A stretch of DNA of 64,000 bases from Emiliania huxleyi CCMP1516 (lineage: Eukaryota), in assembly GCF_000372725.1 (NCBI RefSeq), contig NW_005202427.1:925581-989580 (forward strand). Reading direction: 5' to 3'. Numbering within the stretch: the stretch's first letter is position 1; every line of letters starts with the position of its first letter. The notes beneath the pieces were generated by a model. The model had not been told where the DNA came from. It ran no database searches and was given only the letters and a program-made list of their open reading frames with translations. Both the position numbers and the translations under genes were made by a program. Below, piece after piece: positions 49,078 to 60,979 of this stretch.

Positions 49078-51325
49078 AAAAATTGCAGTTTACTACGTTT
49101 TGCTTTTCTCTTGCAGATTACTACACACCACACAATGCAAGAGCTTTTCTCTTGCAGATTACTACACACCACACAATCCACCTTGCAGATTACTACACAC
49201 ACAATCCACCTTGCAGATCACTACACAGACACAATCCACCTTGCAGATTACTCCCGCCCTCCGCCCTCGCCCCCGCCCCTGCCCTGGCTGGCCTGGGTGG
49301 CATCTCCCCATTATCACGCGCCAAGTGGACGGGGCCCTGAGCCGACCTAGCCCCAGACGGAACGGGGCGCCCAACACGTGCCCGGATTACTGTGCCTTCC
49401 CCGGGTGCAGCCTTTCGGTTCGTGAAGGGTCGGTGCGAGTCGTGCTTTCCTCGATCCCCCGCCCTCCCCCGCCATCTCCGCCGCTTTGGCTCTACAGCCA
49501 CCACCGGGAGGCGGCGAGGCGAAATCAGACTCGGTCGAGAGACCCCAGATTGGCATCCATGCCTCTCTGGACAGGGTGGCCCGCCACGTCTGAACCACAG
49601 CGTGTCCCGACTCGACCGCCGGCGTCCCGGTCCGGGGGTGTTTCTCTTCTTATCCGTTACCATGTAGAGCAAGGCCGAGGGCGGGCCCTTTCGGGCTCGG
49701 GCCGCCCTCTCGCCCGCACCTCTGCGGGGCTTGCACGTGGCAGCGGCGGCTCAAGATCCCAGCGATCTCGAGTTCTTCACGCTATCCACTGCGCCGCGGC
49801 TTCGCCGCGCCCATCCAAGCCCAGGGCTTGGTTTGCTGATAACCGCATCTCGCTCTGCGCATCTCTGAGGCTACCCGCGCGCCGACTGCTACGCGCGCGG
49901 CGAGAGGCGCACCCCATCGGGGACAGGATTGAGGCCCCTGTACAAGCTCGGCAACGCTGCCGTCGTTGCCCTCCCGAGCCCTCAACACGATGCCGCACAT
50001 TGCGCAACCCGTTCTGCGCACATGCCGCAGGGAGGAGTTTTCACTCTCCCGTCCGAGTTTCTCCTTCCTGCAGGGCGAGAGACATCAGCCTCTCTACTTC
50101 CAGGAGAACATCTACGCCACACGCTATCCCGACGGTCCACAACCCACACTCTCGCTGCAGTCGATCCAGCCCTCGCACTCCCCACTGGAGATCTAGCTGA
50201 GGCCCCGGCGGACAGGATTGGAGCCCCTGTGCTGCGTCTGTGGTGATATGTGGGGGACACTTTCTCCCCCTATTCATGTCAGTCACTCGACTGCGTCGAG
50301 GGGGGGGACGTCTGAACCACAGCGTGTCCCGACTCGACCGCCGGCGTCCCGGTCCGGGGGTGTTTCTCTTCTTATCCGTTACCATGTAGAGCAAGGCCGA
50401 GGGCGGGCCCTTTCGGGCTCGGGCCGCCCTCTCGCCCGCACCTCTGCGGGGCTTGCACGCGCCACAACGACCCCTGGAATTGCGACTCGCCGCTTTCCTC
50501 CCGCTGTGATTCTGTGTGAGCTCTGAGTCTTGTCTGCCAACAATATACCTAAACCTGCAAATCCGAGGTTGCAGTTACTGGTTGAACGCTGAAACTTGAT
50601 TCGGGCGTCATCCTACTCGCTGGCCAATTCGGATTGTCATTGTCTGCTGTGCTCTTCTGTCTGGCCGGATTGCCTGCACGCGATGGCTGACGATCGCGCG
50701 GTGGCCTTCTGCGAGGGGGACCTCCTCGTCGTGGACGACGACAATCATCCGACCCACCATCGATCGTTGTGGCCACAGGACATAGGGCGCGTTTGCCGAC
50801 GCTCAGGCAAAAGCCAAGGTAAAGATTGCAGCTCCTCCGGACTCGGCGCTGGAGTCGGTTGCGACGGCAAAGGAGTGCAAGCTCGACGCCGGCGCTGCGA
50901 CTACGACCGCTGTCGTCATCACCATGCCTTCAGTAACAACTGGCTCTGACCGTTCCGACGGGACCACGAGGGCATGGTAGACGAGTCTACCGCAGTCTAT
51001 CTACAGACGGGCTGACGCATGAGCGACTTGGTGAGGTTAGCAGCTTGGTGCGCGTGGGGAGGTCCCTGAAGGCTCAGGAGTGTGTGGTGTGTAGTAATCT
51101 GCAAGGTGGATTGTGTGGTGTGTAGTAATCTGCAAGGTGGATTGTGTGATGTGTAGTAATCTGCAAGGTGGATTGTGTGGTGTGTAGTAATCTGCAAGGT
51201 GGATTGTGTGGTGTGTAGTAATCTGCAAAGAGAATTGTGTGGTGTGTAGTAATCTGCAAGACAATTTGACCCGCGCGTAGTAATCTGCAAGAGAAAAGCT
51301 CAAAACGTAGTAAACTGCAATTTTT
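49078..51325. mobile_element. Foldback/Mutator-like non-autonomous element with TIRs made of 31-bp tandem repeats
   Basis: Inverted ends AAAAATTGCAGTTTACTACGTTTTG; unit TTGCAGATTACTACACACCACACAATCCACC; direct repeat CCTTTTTTGTTT at 49066-49077 and 51326-51337. Confidence 0.85.
49587..50459 (+). mobile_element. TRIM-like miniature LTR retrotransposon with CG...CG termini
   Basis: Identical 151-bp LTRs 49587-49737 and 50309-50459; TSD CGCCA at 49582-49586 and 50460-50464; PBS-like TGGCAGCGG; PPT GAG(G)nA. Confidence 0.9.
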
Positions 51326-51663
51326 CCTTTTTTGTTTACCATGAATGAAGTTGAAGAAGACATCCCTCTACTGAGGCGCCCGCCTCCCCCCACATGTGAA
51401 CCCTTGTGCATGATCGCCGCGCCGGGCCGCCGCAACCACAGGCCTAGGGCCCTGCTCCGGTGGGCACCGGGACCGGGACCGGGCGCCGCCTCGATGCACC
51501 CACCCAGGAAGGACAGCTGGAGGCTCGCTTTGCGCGAGTGCGCGAGGTCCGAGGTCCGTGTCGAAGGTCCGTGGCAGCAAGAGAGCGCCCGCACGAAGCC
51601 CAGCACCACCCCTCAGCAGAGCTGGCGAGAATCCTGGCGGATTCGCGCTACAGTTTCAGAGAG

Positions 51664-51961
51664 TATGGAAAGTTCACGTCATGACGGTTAGCCGCTGTCA
51701 CGACCGTTAGCCGCTGTCACGACAGCTGGGAGCTGTCATGACAGCAAACGACAGCGACAGTGACACCTACCTGTCACCAGCTGTCACCAGCTGTCACCAG
51801 CTGTCACCAGCTGTCACCAGCTGTCACCAGCTGTCACCAGCTGTCCGTTGCTGCTGTTCGTTGCTGCTGTCGTTTCGCAGCCGCTGTGCGCTGTCACGAC
51901 ATATTGACCATGTCGCGACCATTAACAGCCCGTTTAACCGTCATGACGTGAACTTTCCATA
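51664..51961. mobile_element. MITE (~298 bp) with internal (CTGTCACCAG)n
   Basis: 27-bp perfect TIR TATGGAAAGTTCACGTCATGACGGTTA; TSD either TA or AGT. Confidence 0.88.
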
Positions 51962-52353
51962 GTCTCTCAATCGAAAATTCCGCGCCACGGCGGGCGAATG
52001 AAGAGACCTGGTCCGACAGCCGTCTGCGCGCTGAAATTCTAAACGGAATCGATACGTGGTACGTCTTCTGAATCGCTCGTGGAGAGGAGTACGGCCATTC
52101 TCCACTTGTGTTCGACGACGTCGTACATTGTTCGACGACTTCGAACACGATCGAGTAAACGCAGTCGGGCTCCGCTCGAGTGAGAGCCGCGGTCGCGCGG
52201 TCGCGGCCAGGCGCGGGGCTCGAGCGCGGGGCCTGGCTAGGGCTGCCGGGCGTGATCTCAACCCACGCGCCGGAGCGCGTGTAGTGCTTCAGCAGCCGGG
52301 CGGTCGCCGCAGCCACCTCGAAAAGAAAGAAAGAAAACGGACAATTCTAGGGA

Positions 52354-52616
52354 AAGAAAGAAAGAAAGAAAACAGACACGCCAAACGAGGGATGGGACGA
52401 GGACAGGGTCCCCACCTGCACGAGCAGGATTTTGGAAGAACGATCAGGGGGACAGGTGGGGCTCTCCTGCTCCTGACAAGGGACACGACAGGCTCGCAGC
52501 GCGGTGGACTCCCACATCCACTGGCGGTCTCATCTCAGTCTAGCGACCTGCCTCCAGCTTGTCGCTGGCAGTCTCTCCTACCACAGGCACACTGACACAG
52601 GGGTGGCAGGGGCGGC
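52354..52616 (-). mobile_element. SINE-like or truncated non-LTR element with (CTTT)n tail, inserted into a related tail remnant
   Basis: TSD TCTAGGGA at 52346-52353 and 52617-52624; homologous to 28191-28368. Confidence 0.85.
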
Positions 52617-52675
52617 TCTAGGGAGGGATGGGAGACGCACGGATTCGTTTTCTCCTCGCACCGTGTGTGTGCCAG

Positions 52676-52741
52676 TCCGCGCCAGTCCGCGCCCTTGTCG
52701 TGCCAGTGTGCTGTGAGAGAGGCTTCGCTCCTAAGAATTCT
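52676..52741 (+). promoter_or_regulatory. Conserved upstream motif, copy C
   Basis: Same motif as 21234-21299, ~68 bp upstream of the ATG at 52810. Confidence 0.55.
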
Positions 52742-52809
52742 CCTCGCACCTTGACGGCACCGCTCTCTCTCTGGCCGACTCATCATACACACTGTGTGTA
52801 TATATGTGT

Positions 52810-53970
52810 ATGTGGTTCATCGTCGCCACCACTAGCCTCGTCCACCCTGCGGCGCGGGCTTCGCCGCGCGTGCTGCTAGCGCGCTCAGTCGTGCCCACCA
52901 TGGCGGTCGAGACGGACACTGCGTCGCCGAGCGCGACGCCGACAGTCGCCGCGGAGCGGTACGTGGCGACCAACCGTTTTCGCGTCAAACAGGGCCGCGG
53001 GGCGGCCTTTGAGAAGCGGTGGGCCGAGCGCAAATCCCGCCTTGGCATGCTCGACGGCTTCCGCTTCTTCTGCATGCTGCGGCTCACGGGCGAGTGGGAC
53101 GGCGAGGCGCCGAATTACATCTCGTGCACCGTCTGGGAGGAGGAGGCGCAGTTTGACGCGTGGAAGAAGGGCGACGCCTTCAAGGAGGCGCACGGCGGCG
53201 GCACCATCGGAGGCGTCGCCTCGATGGTGCTCGCGACGATGCAAAACACAAAGGGCAAGCCAAAGGTCGCGCTGTGGGATGGGCTGCTGCCCGTCTCGGT
53301 GGTGCCGCCGGCGCCAACGCCCGGCACCCGGCGGCGCGAGGCGGACAGAGCGGTGAGAGGACGCATCCTTCACGTCCGCCGCTGTGGACAGGCGGGTGGC
53401 GCGAGGTTGAGGCCGACGGCAAGGCGATGCTGGACGGCGAGGTGTACGTCGCCATGAACCGCTTCTCGGCACCACGGCCCTCGCAGAGGAATTGGCGAAG
53501 CGTCTGCCTTTTCACGGCCCTGCGGGTGAGCAGGTGCTGCCCGGCATGGAGTCCGGCTTTGAGCAGCGCTTCGCCTCGCGCGAGAGCACGCTGGCCAGCC
53601 GCGACGGCTTCCAGGGCTTCCTGCTGCTGCGGCGTGACGGCGCGCCCGACGACGGCTTCACGCACTCCACTCTCTCGGTGTGGCGCGACAAGGCGCGCCG
53701 TTGGGGGCGGGCGGAGCGGGAGGGGTGTGGGGGGGGGGTGGAAGAGCGTCGCAGGTGGTTCACGCCGTCTGCTGCAAACAGGCGGCCTTCGAAGCGTGGA
53801 GGGGATCCGAGGACCGCGCGGGGAAGCCAAAGCCGGGCGGAGGAGGAGGGGCGGGAGGAGCGGACGGCGAGGGAGGGCCGCCCAAGGGGCCGCCGCAGAT
53901 GTTCGCGAAGCCGCCCGAGCCGTCGTTTTACGAGGGCATTCTCGTGCTTGAGTCGGCGCGCGGCATTTGA
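52810..53970 (+). CDS. Tandem ABM/IsdG-family heme-degrading monooxygenase-like protein, probably plastid-targeted, 4 exons
   Basis: YVATNRFRV..G..FEKRWAERKS...W....F.AWKKGDAFKEAH; second domain YVAMNRFS|V.PG...FEQRFASRES. Confidence 0.88.
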
Positions 53971-55289
53971 GAGGGGGCAGCGAGCTCTCCTGTCACGCTG
54001 TGTGTATGGCTCGATCGATGTACCGCGACCTCTGAGCTCGGTCTCGGGTGCACGCAGGAGATAGATAAGAGTTGGGTGACGCTGACGGGGTATCACTATC
54101 AGTCGCCTCAAAAATGCTCAGAGGCTGACGAGTGATGACTGATGTGTGTGTGGCGCGCGGCTCTTGCGGGCGCGCCGCGCGGGCTCTCCATGCATGGTCC
54201 GCGCGGACCGCGCAACGCATGCGGGGACAGACGGCCTGACGGGTCATGCAAAATAAATCTCTGAGAAATATTCGAGGGTGTATCGTCGATGTCCCAAAGT
54301 CAGCGTGGCGGAGTTGCGAGAAGCGATGGGCGCCCCTCTAAACGCCCATAGCGCCCCACCGCCTCGCTCGCCCGAGCCGCTCCGACTGGAGGGCGCTCCG
54401 CTCGCCCGGCATCGAGCCGGTGCACCACCTGCCCCCAAACGCGGTCCCGGACCCCCCTCGTCGCCAGCGGCAGCCGCTGGCTCGACGAGCAGCACCCTCT
54501 CGGCCGCCGCCTTGGCCCGGCCGCCGCTGTCGCGGCTGTCGGGCTCCGCGACAGCCGTCGACCACCGACCAGAGGTAGCTGGGCCGCTATGGATGCGGAA
54601 GGTGGGGCGACGTAGTTGTCAACTTGTAACCCCGCAGCACCGTTCTCAAGTCGGCGAACTCACCATTTTATTTTCGAGTTTAGGTCTCGCGACGGCTATC
54701 TCGACCCGGCGCTCGGGATCTGAAGCTACGAGGCCTGGGTTGGGGCTATCAGTGGGCTACATGCCGCTTGCCGCGGCTCCTAGGTCGACGAAACGCTCGC
54801 GCTTCACCCTCCCCCCCTCTGACGATAGGTGTCTGCGCCGCGCGCTCACCGGCAAAGAAGCACACAGCGGGCGATGGCGGCGCGCGGCGACGCTTCTGAC
54901 TCAATGGAAGGTCGCCCACATACCCTCCAATACGACAACGCCGTAGGTGGGTCGAGACTGCCCTCCACCCGCTCGCGTTTGCCTCCCCTACCCGACCGGG
55001 TCGGCTCCCTGTAGATGGCGGTCGAGACACCTTCACTGCGACCCTTCTGCCCGCGACAGAGGCGCCTGAGCGCATGGGCTACACGGCCCCTCGAGGCGGC
55101 CCGCGGGGCGGCGGGAGAGAGCTCTCCCGCCGTCGTGGCGCACCATATCACCCGTAGAGGCCTCTTTGTAGTCGCCTTTTGGCACCTCCTCTCTTCACGC
55201 CGCCGATTAGACCCCGCCGCACCGCATCACCGCCCCCCTCCCTGCCCCGTCGCCCTCCTGAGCTCTCCCCCCTTCGCTCCAGTCACGCA

Positions 55290-56733
55290 CAGGACGGCTG
55301 GGCCATCGGTCCGCGTGCCAGGCGCCCGGGACGTCCGGGGAGCGGCTCCGTATTTTGAGCCCTCTCGGGCCACTCTCGGGCGCGTCCGCCGGCCGGCAGA
55401 GCACCGCTCGGGCGACTCAGACGGCTCGCCCGACCAGCGCGCTCGACCGTGCCGCCCCCACACCGTCAGTGGCGGGCTCGGGGGGGGCGGGCGGCGTCCG
55501 CGCACCCCTCGTGAGGGTGACCACCGCTCTCCTCTCACCTCTCCCCCCCCGCCCGTGGCACCCCACACTCGTCCCTCCTCAGGGGCGCAAGGCGGCACGT
55601 TCAACGCTTGCCTCGGCCCACCTCGCCATCTCGCCCGCCGCCGCGGCCAAGGTGGTGGCCTCGGCGGCCCAGACGAAGCCCGTGCGGCTCGTTTGGGAGC
55701 CGCGCGCCGTCCCTCTCTCGCCCGCGCTGCTCACCACGCCCAAGCCCACGTGTCCCTCCGGCCGCAGGCGCCGCCGGGGCGCAACCAGCGCCCCTCCCGA
55801 GCACCTTCCCGGCAGGCAGCGCCTCCGTAGCGGCGCTGGCGGCCCCTGCGAGCCGGCCGGCACCGCGAGTGCGTACTCGAAGGCGCGCGCGTCCCCTCTC
55901 TCCCCGGCCCGCCGCGTCTCTCAAACTCTGACCACCCCTCCCCCTCCCGGGTCAGGCGTGCATCGGGCGTACAAAATGGCCGCGGGGCGCAGCTCCAGCG
56001 ACGCTGTCTCTTTGGCCCGAGCGGTGGGTAACTCCCTGGCCGGGCTCGGGCCCTCTCGGGCTGCTGCGAGCTGCGCGATGCGAGTCCCCTCCGCCGCACG
56101 GCCGTGCCCTTGCCCCTCTCACCCTCCGACTCCGCCGCAGGACCGGTCTGGCGACCCGGGACGACCGCCTAGAGCAGCATCATCGACCATCCCGACCCCG
56201 TGGGGGTCGGGGCGGGCCAGCCAGACATGAGAGCGCCCCTCCCCCCCTCTCGCGGCGCGTCCCCTCCTTCCTCCCCGCACCCCGCCACCCGGCTCGCCGC
56301 CCCGTCGCCGTCGCGAGTCAGCCCTCGATCAGGTACTGCCAAAGGCGGCCGCAAGCAGCACCATCGCTACCAGCGCCACCGCGCCGGTGCTGGTAAGCTC
56401 TGCGGCCCGTGTAGCGGCCCCTTAGCCCGTCGCCCGGGCACATGGCGCCCTCACACCGCTCCTCGCCCCCGTCTCGCAGGCCAAAATCGTCGACATCGCG
56501 TCGGCACTCTCGACGGCGCGCCTGGGCTCGCAGAGGGCGGCCTGGGCGGTGCAGGGTGACTGGACTGCCCCCCTCCCGCGGTGCGCCAAGCCTCGGGGGT
56601 CGGGGAGACCATCTCGGGTCGCCGAGGGGGCGGGTCGGACGCCCGATCCGGCTGCTGGCCGGAGGACGTCGCCGGCTCCGCGATTTTGGGCGCCCCAGGC
56701 GCCTCCAGCCGGGCCGAGCGGCGCCAGCTGGTA
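55290..56733 (+). pseudogene. Possible multi-exon hypothetical or degenerate gene
   Basis: Several pyrimidine-rich CAG| acceptors followed by Ala-rich frames (GRKAARSTLASAHLAIS; AKIVDIASALSTARL); no domain. Confidence 0.25.
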
Positions 56734-56895
56734 GCTGGGGCCGCAGGGCGGTCGGAATCTCGAGGACCCTCCCTAAACCGCTAGCGCTAGGCCGCTAGCT
56801 AGGTGTAGGCTAGCCCAATCGACTATCAGTGCTCAGCTTATGCGTGAAAAGGTTGGTCTGTGTGTTTTTCACTTGGACACTTCGAGTGCAGTCGG

Positions 56896-57330
56896 TATAA
56901 ACCTTGGAGCACTTGGAGTGCAGTCATCAGCCTCACATCCAGGGCCGGGGAGCTAAGAAGCGCACCCAGCGGGCCGGATGATCGGGATCGGGTTGCGGGC
57001 AAGAGAGCCCTAGCCCCGGGGGTGCGCGTTCGCAGGGAAAGGGCCTTAAAGTAAACACGGGTCTCCGAGGGTTAGTCCGCGCTCCAGGTTTCCCCTAGCT
57101 ATAAACCTTGGAGCACTTGGAGTGCAGTTATTAATTAACCTCACATCCAGGGCCGAGGAGCTGAGAAGCGCACCCAGCGGGCCGGATGATCGGTGTCGGG
57201 TTGCGGGCAAGAGAGCCCTAGGCCTAGCCCTGGGGGGTGCGCGTTCGCAGGGAAAGGGCCGTAAAGTAAACACGGGTCCCCGAGGGTTAGCTCTGCGCTC
57301 CGGGTTTCCCCTAGCAGCGGAACGCCCCCT
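56896..57330 (+). repeat. Head-to-tail dimer of the ~204-bp dispersed repeat
   Basis: Units start with TATAAACC at 56896 and 57100. Confidence 0.9.
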
Positions 57331-57440
57331 CTACTCGGGGGCTAGTAGACACCAGGCACTAGCACGACAACACACCCATTCCTCAGGGGGGGTCATAAAC
57401 CGAGCATTTTTTAACCACGGCCGGAGCCTCCGCCAATCCA

Positions 57441-58397
57441 ATGAAGATGCTGCGGCCCGGCCTCAAGATCCTCGACGGCGGCCTCTCCACCCAGCTCGAG
57501 AATCACCACGGCGTCGACCTCACCAAGTACCCCAAGCTCTGGACGGCTGGCCTGCTCGCCGACGCCGCCGGCCGCGCCAAGCTGCGGGCCGCACACGACG
57601 CCTATTACGCCGCCGGCGCGTCCGTCATCCTCTCCTCCTCGTACCAGACGAGTCCGGGCACGGACACCGCGGCGCTCGCCGCCTCGATCGAGCTCGCGCT
57701 CGATGCGCGCGACGCGGCGGCGCCCGGCGCAGAGGCGTGGGTGTCCTGCGGGCCGTACGGCGCCACGCTCGCCGACGGCTCAGAGTACCGCGGCGACTAC
57801 GCACTTGGCGAGGCGGCGCTTCGTGAGTGGCACGGCGCGCGGCTCGCGGGACTGCTGCCGCCGGACGCCCCGCGCCGCCCCGACGGCCTCGCCTTTGAGA
57901 CGCTGCCCAGCATGCCGGAGGTGCGGGCGATCCTCTCGCTGCTGGCGGAGCCGCGGTGGCGCGAGATGCCGGCGTGGCTGTCCTTCCAGTGCCGCGACGG
58001 CAGCCACCTCGCCGACGGCACCCCGGTCGCCGATGCGGTCTCCGCGTGCCGCGCCGCCTTTGCGGCACGGGGGCCCGCGCGCAGCCTGCTCGGCGCCAAC
58101 TGCGTGTCTCCGGCGATTGTGCACGAGCTGCTTGATGCGCTGCTCGCGCCGGCGGCCGAGGGCGCGCTCTCCGGCGTGGTGCTGTACCCCAACGACGGGG
58201 GTACCTGGAACGCGACCGAGCGCTGCTGGGAGTGCGTCGGCGGCGAGCGCAGCTTTGCCGACGCGCTGGCGGGGGAGTGGGCGGGCCGCATCCGCGCGTC
58301 GGGGCTCGAGGCGATCATCGGCGGCTGCTGCTCCACCGACCAGTGCACGGTCCGCGCGCTGAGCCGGGCGCTCAGGGCGGGATGCGCGGGGGAGTGA
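57441..58397 (+). CDS. HMT: Homocysteine S-methyltransferase (MmuM/HMT family), intronless
   Basis: ILDGGLSTQLE, LWTA, AGA.VI.SSSYQ, GPYGATLADGSEYRGDY, LAFETLP, GANC, LYPNDG, IIGGCC. Confidence 0.95.
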   Translation: MKMLRPGLKILDGGLSTQLENHHGVDLTKYPKLWTAGLLADAAGRAKLRAAHDAYYAAGASVILSSSYQTSPGTDTAALAASIELALDARDAAAPGAEAWVSCGPYGATLADGSEYRGDYALGEAALREWHGARLAGLLPPDAPRRPDGLAFETLPSMPEVRAILSLLAEPRWREMPAWLSFQCRDGSHLADGTPVADAVSACRAAFAARGPARSLLGANCVSPAIVHELLDALLAPAAEGALSGVVLYPNDGGTWNATERCWECVGGERSFADALAGEWAGRIRASGLEAIIGGCCSTDQCTVRALSRALRAGCAGE

Positions 58398-58554
58398 CCC
58401 GGAGCGTGGTTGGATCGCGGCCGGGACGCCGGATGGCCGCATGTGAGCAACGGCACGCGTGACACGTGAGGCCCTGCGGAACACACCCACACGCTGCCTG
58501 CAGTTCACGCTGCGAGAGAGGAGGAGGAGAGAGGTGCGGGAGAGCGTGTCATGA

Positions 58555-58643
58555 TGCGACGGTGCATCAGTCACCTTATGCCACAGTCGCATAATCCGGA
58601 TATGCGACGGCGTGGCACAAGGTGACTGAGGTACACCGTCGCA
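58555..58643. mobile_element. ~89-bp near-perfect palindrome (MITE related to 23257-23673)
   Basis: TGCGACGGTGCATCAGTCACCTTATGCCAC...GTGGCACAAGGTGACTGAGGTACACCGTCGCA. Confidence 0.8.
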
Positions 58644-58987
58644 ACCTCGCACACATGATGCACGACAGACAGCATGAATCAGCTAGAATGTAGAAAACGA
58701 GACTACAGAGTCCCGGACCGGCGACCGGGCCCGCCCGTGGCTCGCGCGTCGCCGGCCCCGCGCCGCTCGACCGCTCGTCCGCGCTCGTGTGAATATCCGT
58801 CATTCAGTAGTGAATGCCCGAAAAACATAAAAAGGCGGACCCTTTATACAGCTCACTCGTCTCCTCACAGCTCACACACAGCGGGTCCCTCCTAAAGTTT
58901 TTACCGGTCCGTAAAGTTCTCTCTCTGAGCTCTACATGCATACAGGGACTTTCACTCAAAGTCACACACTTTCCGGGGAGCTGTGCG

Positions 58988-59826
58988 TCACCGCTCGTCG
59001 AGGTCGCCCGCGCTCACGAGCTGAAAGTTGGCCTCGGCCTTGAGGATGAACAGTCTCGCGGTAGGCCAACCGACAACGAGCTCTGCAACGTAGATGCAGA
59101 GCAGTAGCGCCTGGTGAGGGCATGGTCATGGGCGCTGTCTGCGGCCGCAGTCCGGGCCCAATGCGAGCTGGCTGGTGCGAGCGGGCGCACCGACATCGGA
59201 TACTCCACCTGCAGCGTGATCCACCCGAGGTAGTGCTGAGCGGTGAGAAAGTAGACGTGGATGACCGCCTAGCGTGGCCGGCCCCTTGGTGAGAGGGCAC
59301 GGAGGCTGGCGGCGCAGAGGTGGGAGGAGAGCACCACGGCCAGCGTTGAAAACATAAACGGACCAAGCAGCTCGATCCGCTCGTGGAGGTTGCCGAGGCA
59401 GCCCAGTGTCAGACGGATCGGCTCAAACACGGCCCACGCAATGTAGAGCGTCGGCGACAGGATCACCACGTGCAGCGGCGGCTCCCACACCGACGCCTTC
59501 CACAGGAAGAGACAGATCCAGCCGGCGGCCCACAGGGCAGAGAGCACCGAGTTGGCGCAGACAAGCTGTTGCAGCAGTGTCGAGCTGGCAATCTCGTGCC
59601 TCGCCTTGGGTGGCTGAGGCCGCACTGCACCATTCACCGCCGCAAAGAGCCGCTCAAAGGCGGTCGGCGGCCGGCGCTCGGGGAACAAGTGCTCCGCCGC
59701 GGCGGGAGAGAGCCGCTGCGCGTCGCTCGTCTCGGGCGGGGCAGCGGCCGGCAGGGTATCGTCCGCCTCTGGCGCGAGCGGGGTGGCCTCCGCTTCCTCG
59801 GCGCGCTGGCGCCGCCTCGCGGACAT
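58988..59826 (-). CDS. TMEM17: TMEM17/TMEM216-family ciliary transition-zone membrane protein, 3 exons
   Basis: EIASSTLLQ..N...SALW, FEPIRLTLGCLGNLHERIELLGPF; four TM segments. Confidence 0.8.
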
Positions 59827-60979
59827 CCCGGGAACTGGCCGTGCACGGCGTTGCAAACTTGTCGCATCCATGTAACCGATGTCAGTGCTCGCCGTTTATT
59901 ACTTTTTTGTCCAGTTAGCTCGCCTCCCCCGTCGCCGGCCCCGGTGTGCCAGGCGGATGTAACGCACCGTGGCCGTACTCGAGTAAGTAGGCAGCAGTCG
60001 GCGCTCTTGCGTTGGCCTGGTACGAGAGTTTCCGGCAACCCAGAGGGAACCAAAGAGTGAGAGGGTCCCCAGCAGCAGCACTTTGCGTTTCCGGACGGAG
60101 GTTTGCTGCGGACTTTGAGCAAGCCCGCGATTTTAAAATTTTTTTTGAGAGCGCCTTCGTTGTTAATAGTACAAACCCAATGGTCCCTTGCGAGCGGTCC
60201 GTCGTTGCAGTCGCACACACTCACACGCCACGCCGCACCGCGCGCCCACCCGCTGCCCCGCCCAGGCGGGAAAGAGATGAGGAGATGGGACAGCGAAGGA
60301 GGAGCACAAGCACGTATGGGAGGGTTCAGTAATGCGCCACGCTGCCCGGCGTCTCTCACTTTCCGGGACAGCCCCGCCCTTGTGAGGCAGGAGAGTGACG
60401 GCTACCCCGTACGCCCTGTTGCTTCTACCCCGACGCCGACCGCCCATCCGCCCCTCCTCGCTCCCGCCTCGAATGCTCCGGACCCCGACAAGCCGCCCGA
60501 CGTTGGGCCTCTGCCCCGCACGCTCCCGCCCCTCTGCCCCTCACACACACCCAGGCCCGACATGCACATACAAGACAAACCCGGCGTCCTGCTCTCAAAA
60601 GAAAAGAAAAAATGGGAAGGAGGAGACCAGCGGGGGAGACTTCCCGCCTATGCAACACCCCAGAGAGGGGCTGCCATCGCCGAAGCTGTGCCTAAGCATA
60701 ACTCCCAAACCCGCAGCGGCCCGGGGGGCCTTGGGGGCAGCCTGCCGGACCGCTGTTGCACGGGGCTGAGCACCAGGAGATGAGTGGAATTGATGGATCG
60801 GGCTGCTGTCCGTGCCTCCCCTCTATACGTCAGAGTGGGACCTACGCCGCGCCGGGTGAGGAGCGCGCCCGGTCCTCGACGGAGCCGCGCGCCCCAAACG
60901 ACCCAGGCGGCGAGTAGTCGTCCTCGAACCTTCGACTCGTAGTCGCCCGTGATTAGCGCCCCTCCTCCCTCGCCCGTCC

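Noticed and set aside
49110..51300. 31-bp repeats as CRISPR, or LADYYTPH/LQITTHH repeat proteins
   Set aside because: Spacerless tandem units forming the inverted arms of a DNA element; the ORFs are by-products
56896..57350. Helitron 3' end, tRNA or hammerhead ribozyme
   Set aside because: CTAG is present but hairpin spacing and A|T site are unconvincing; no cloverleaf or CTGATGA/GAAA core seen
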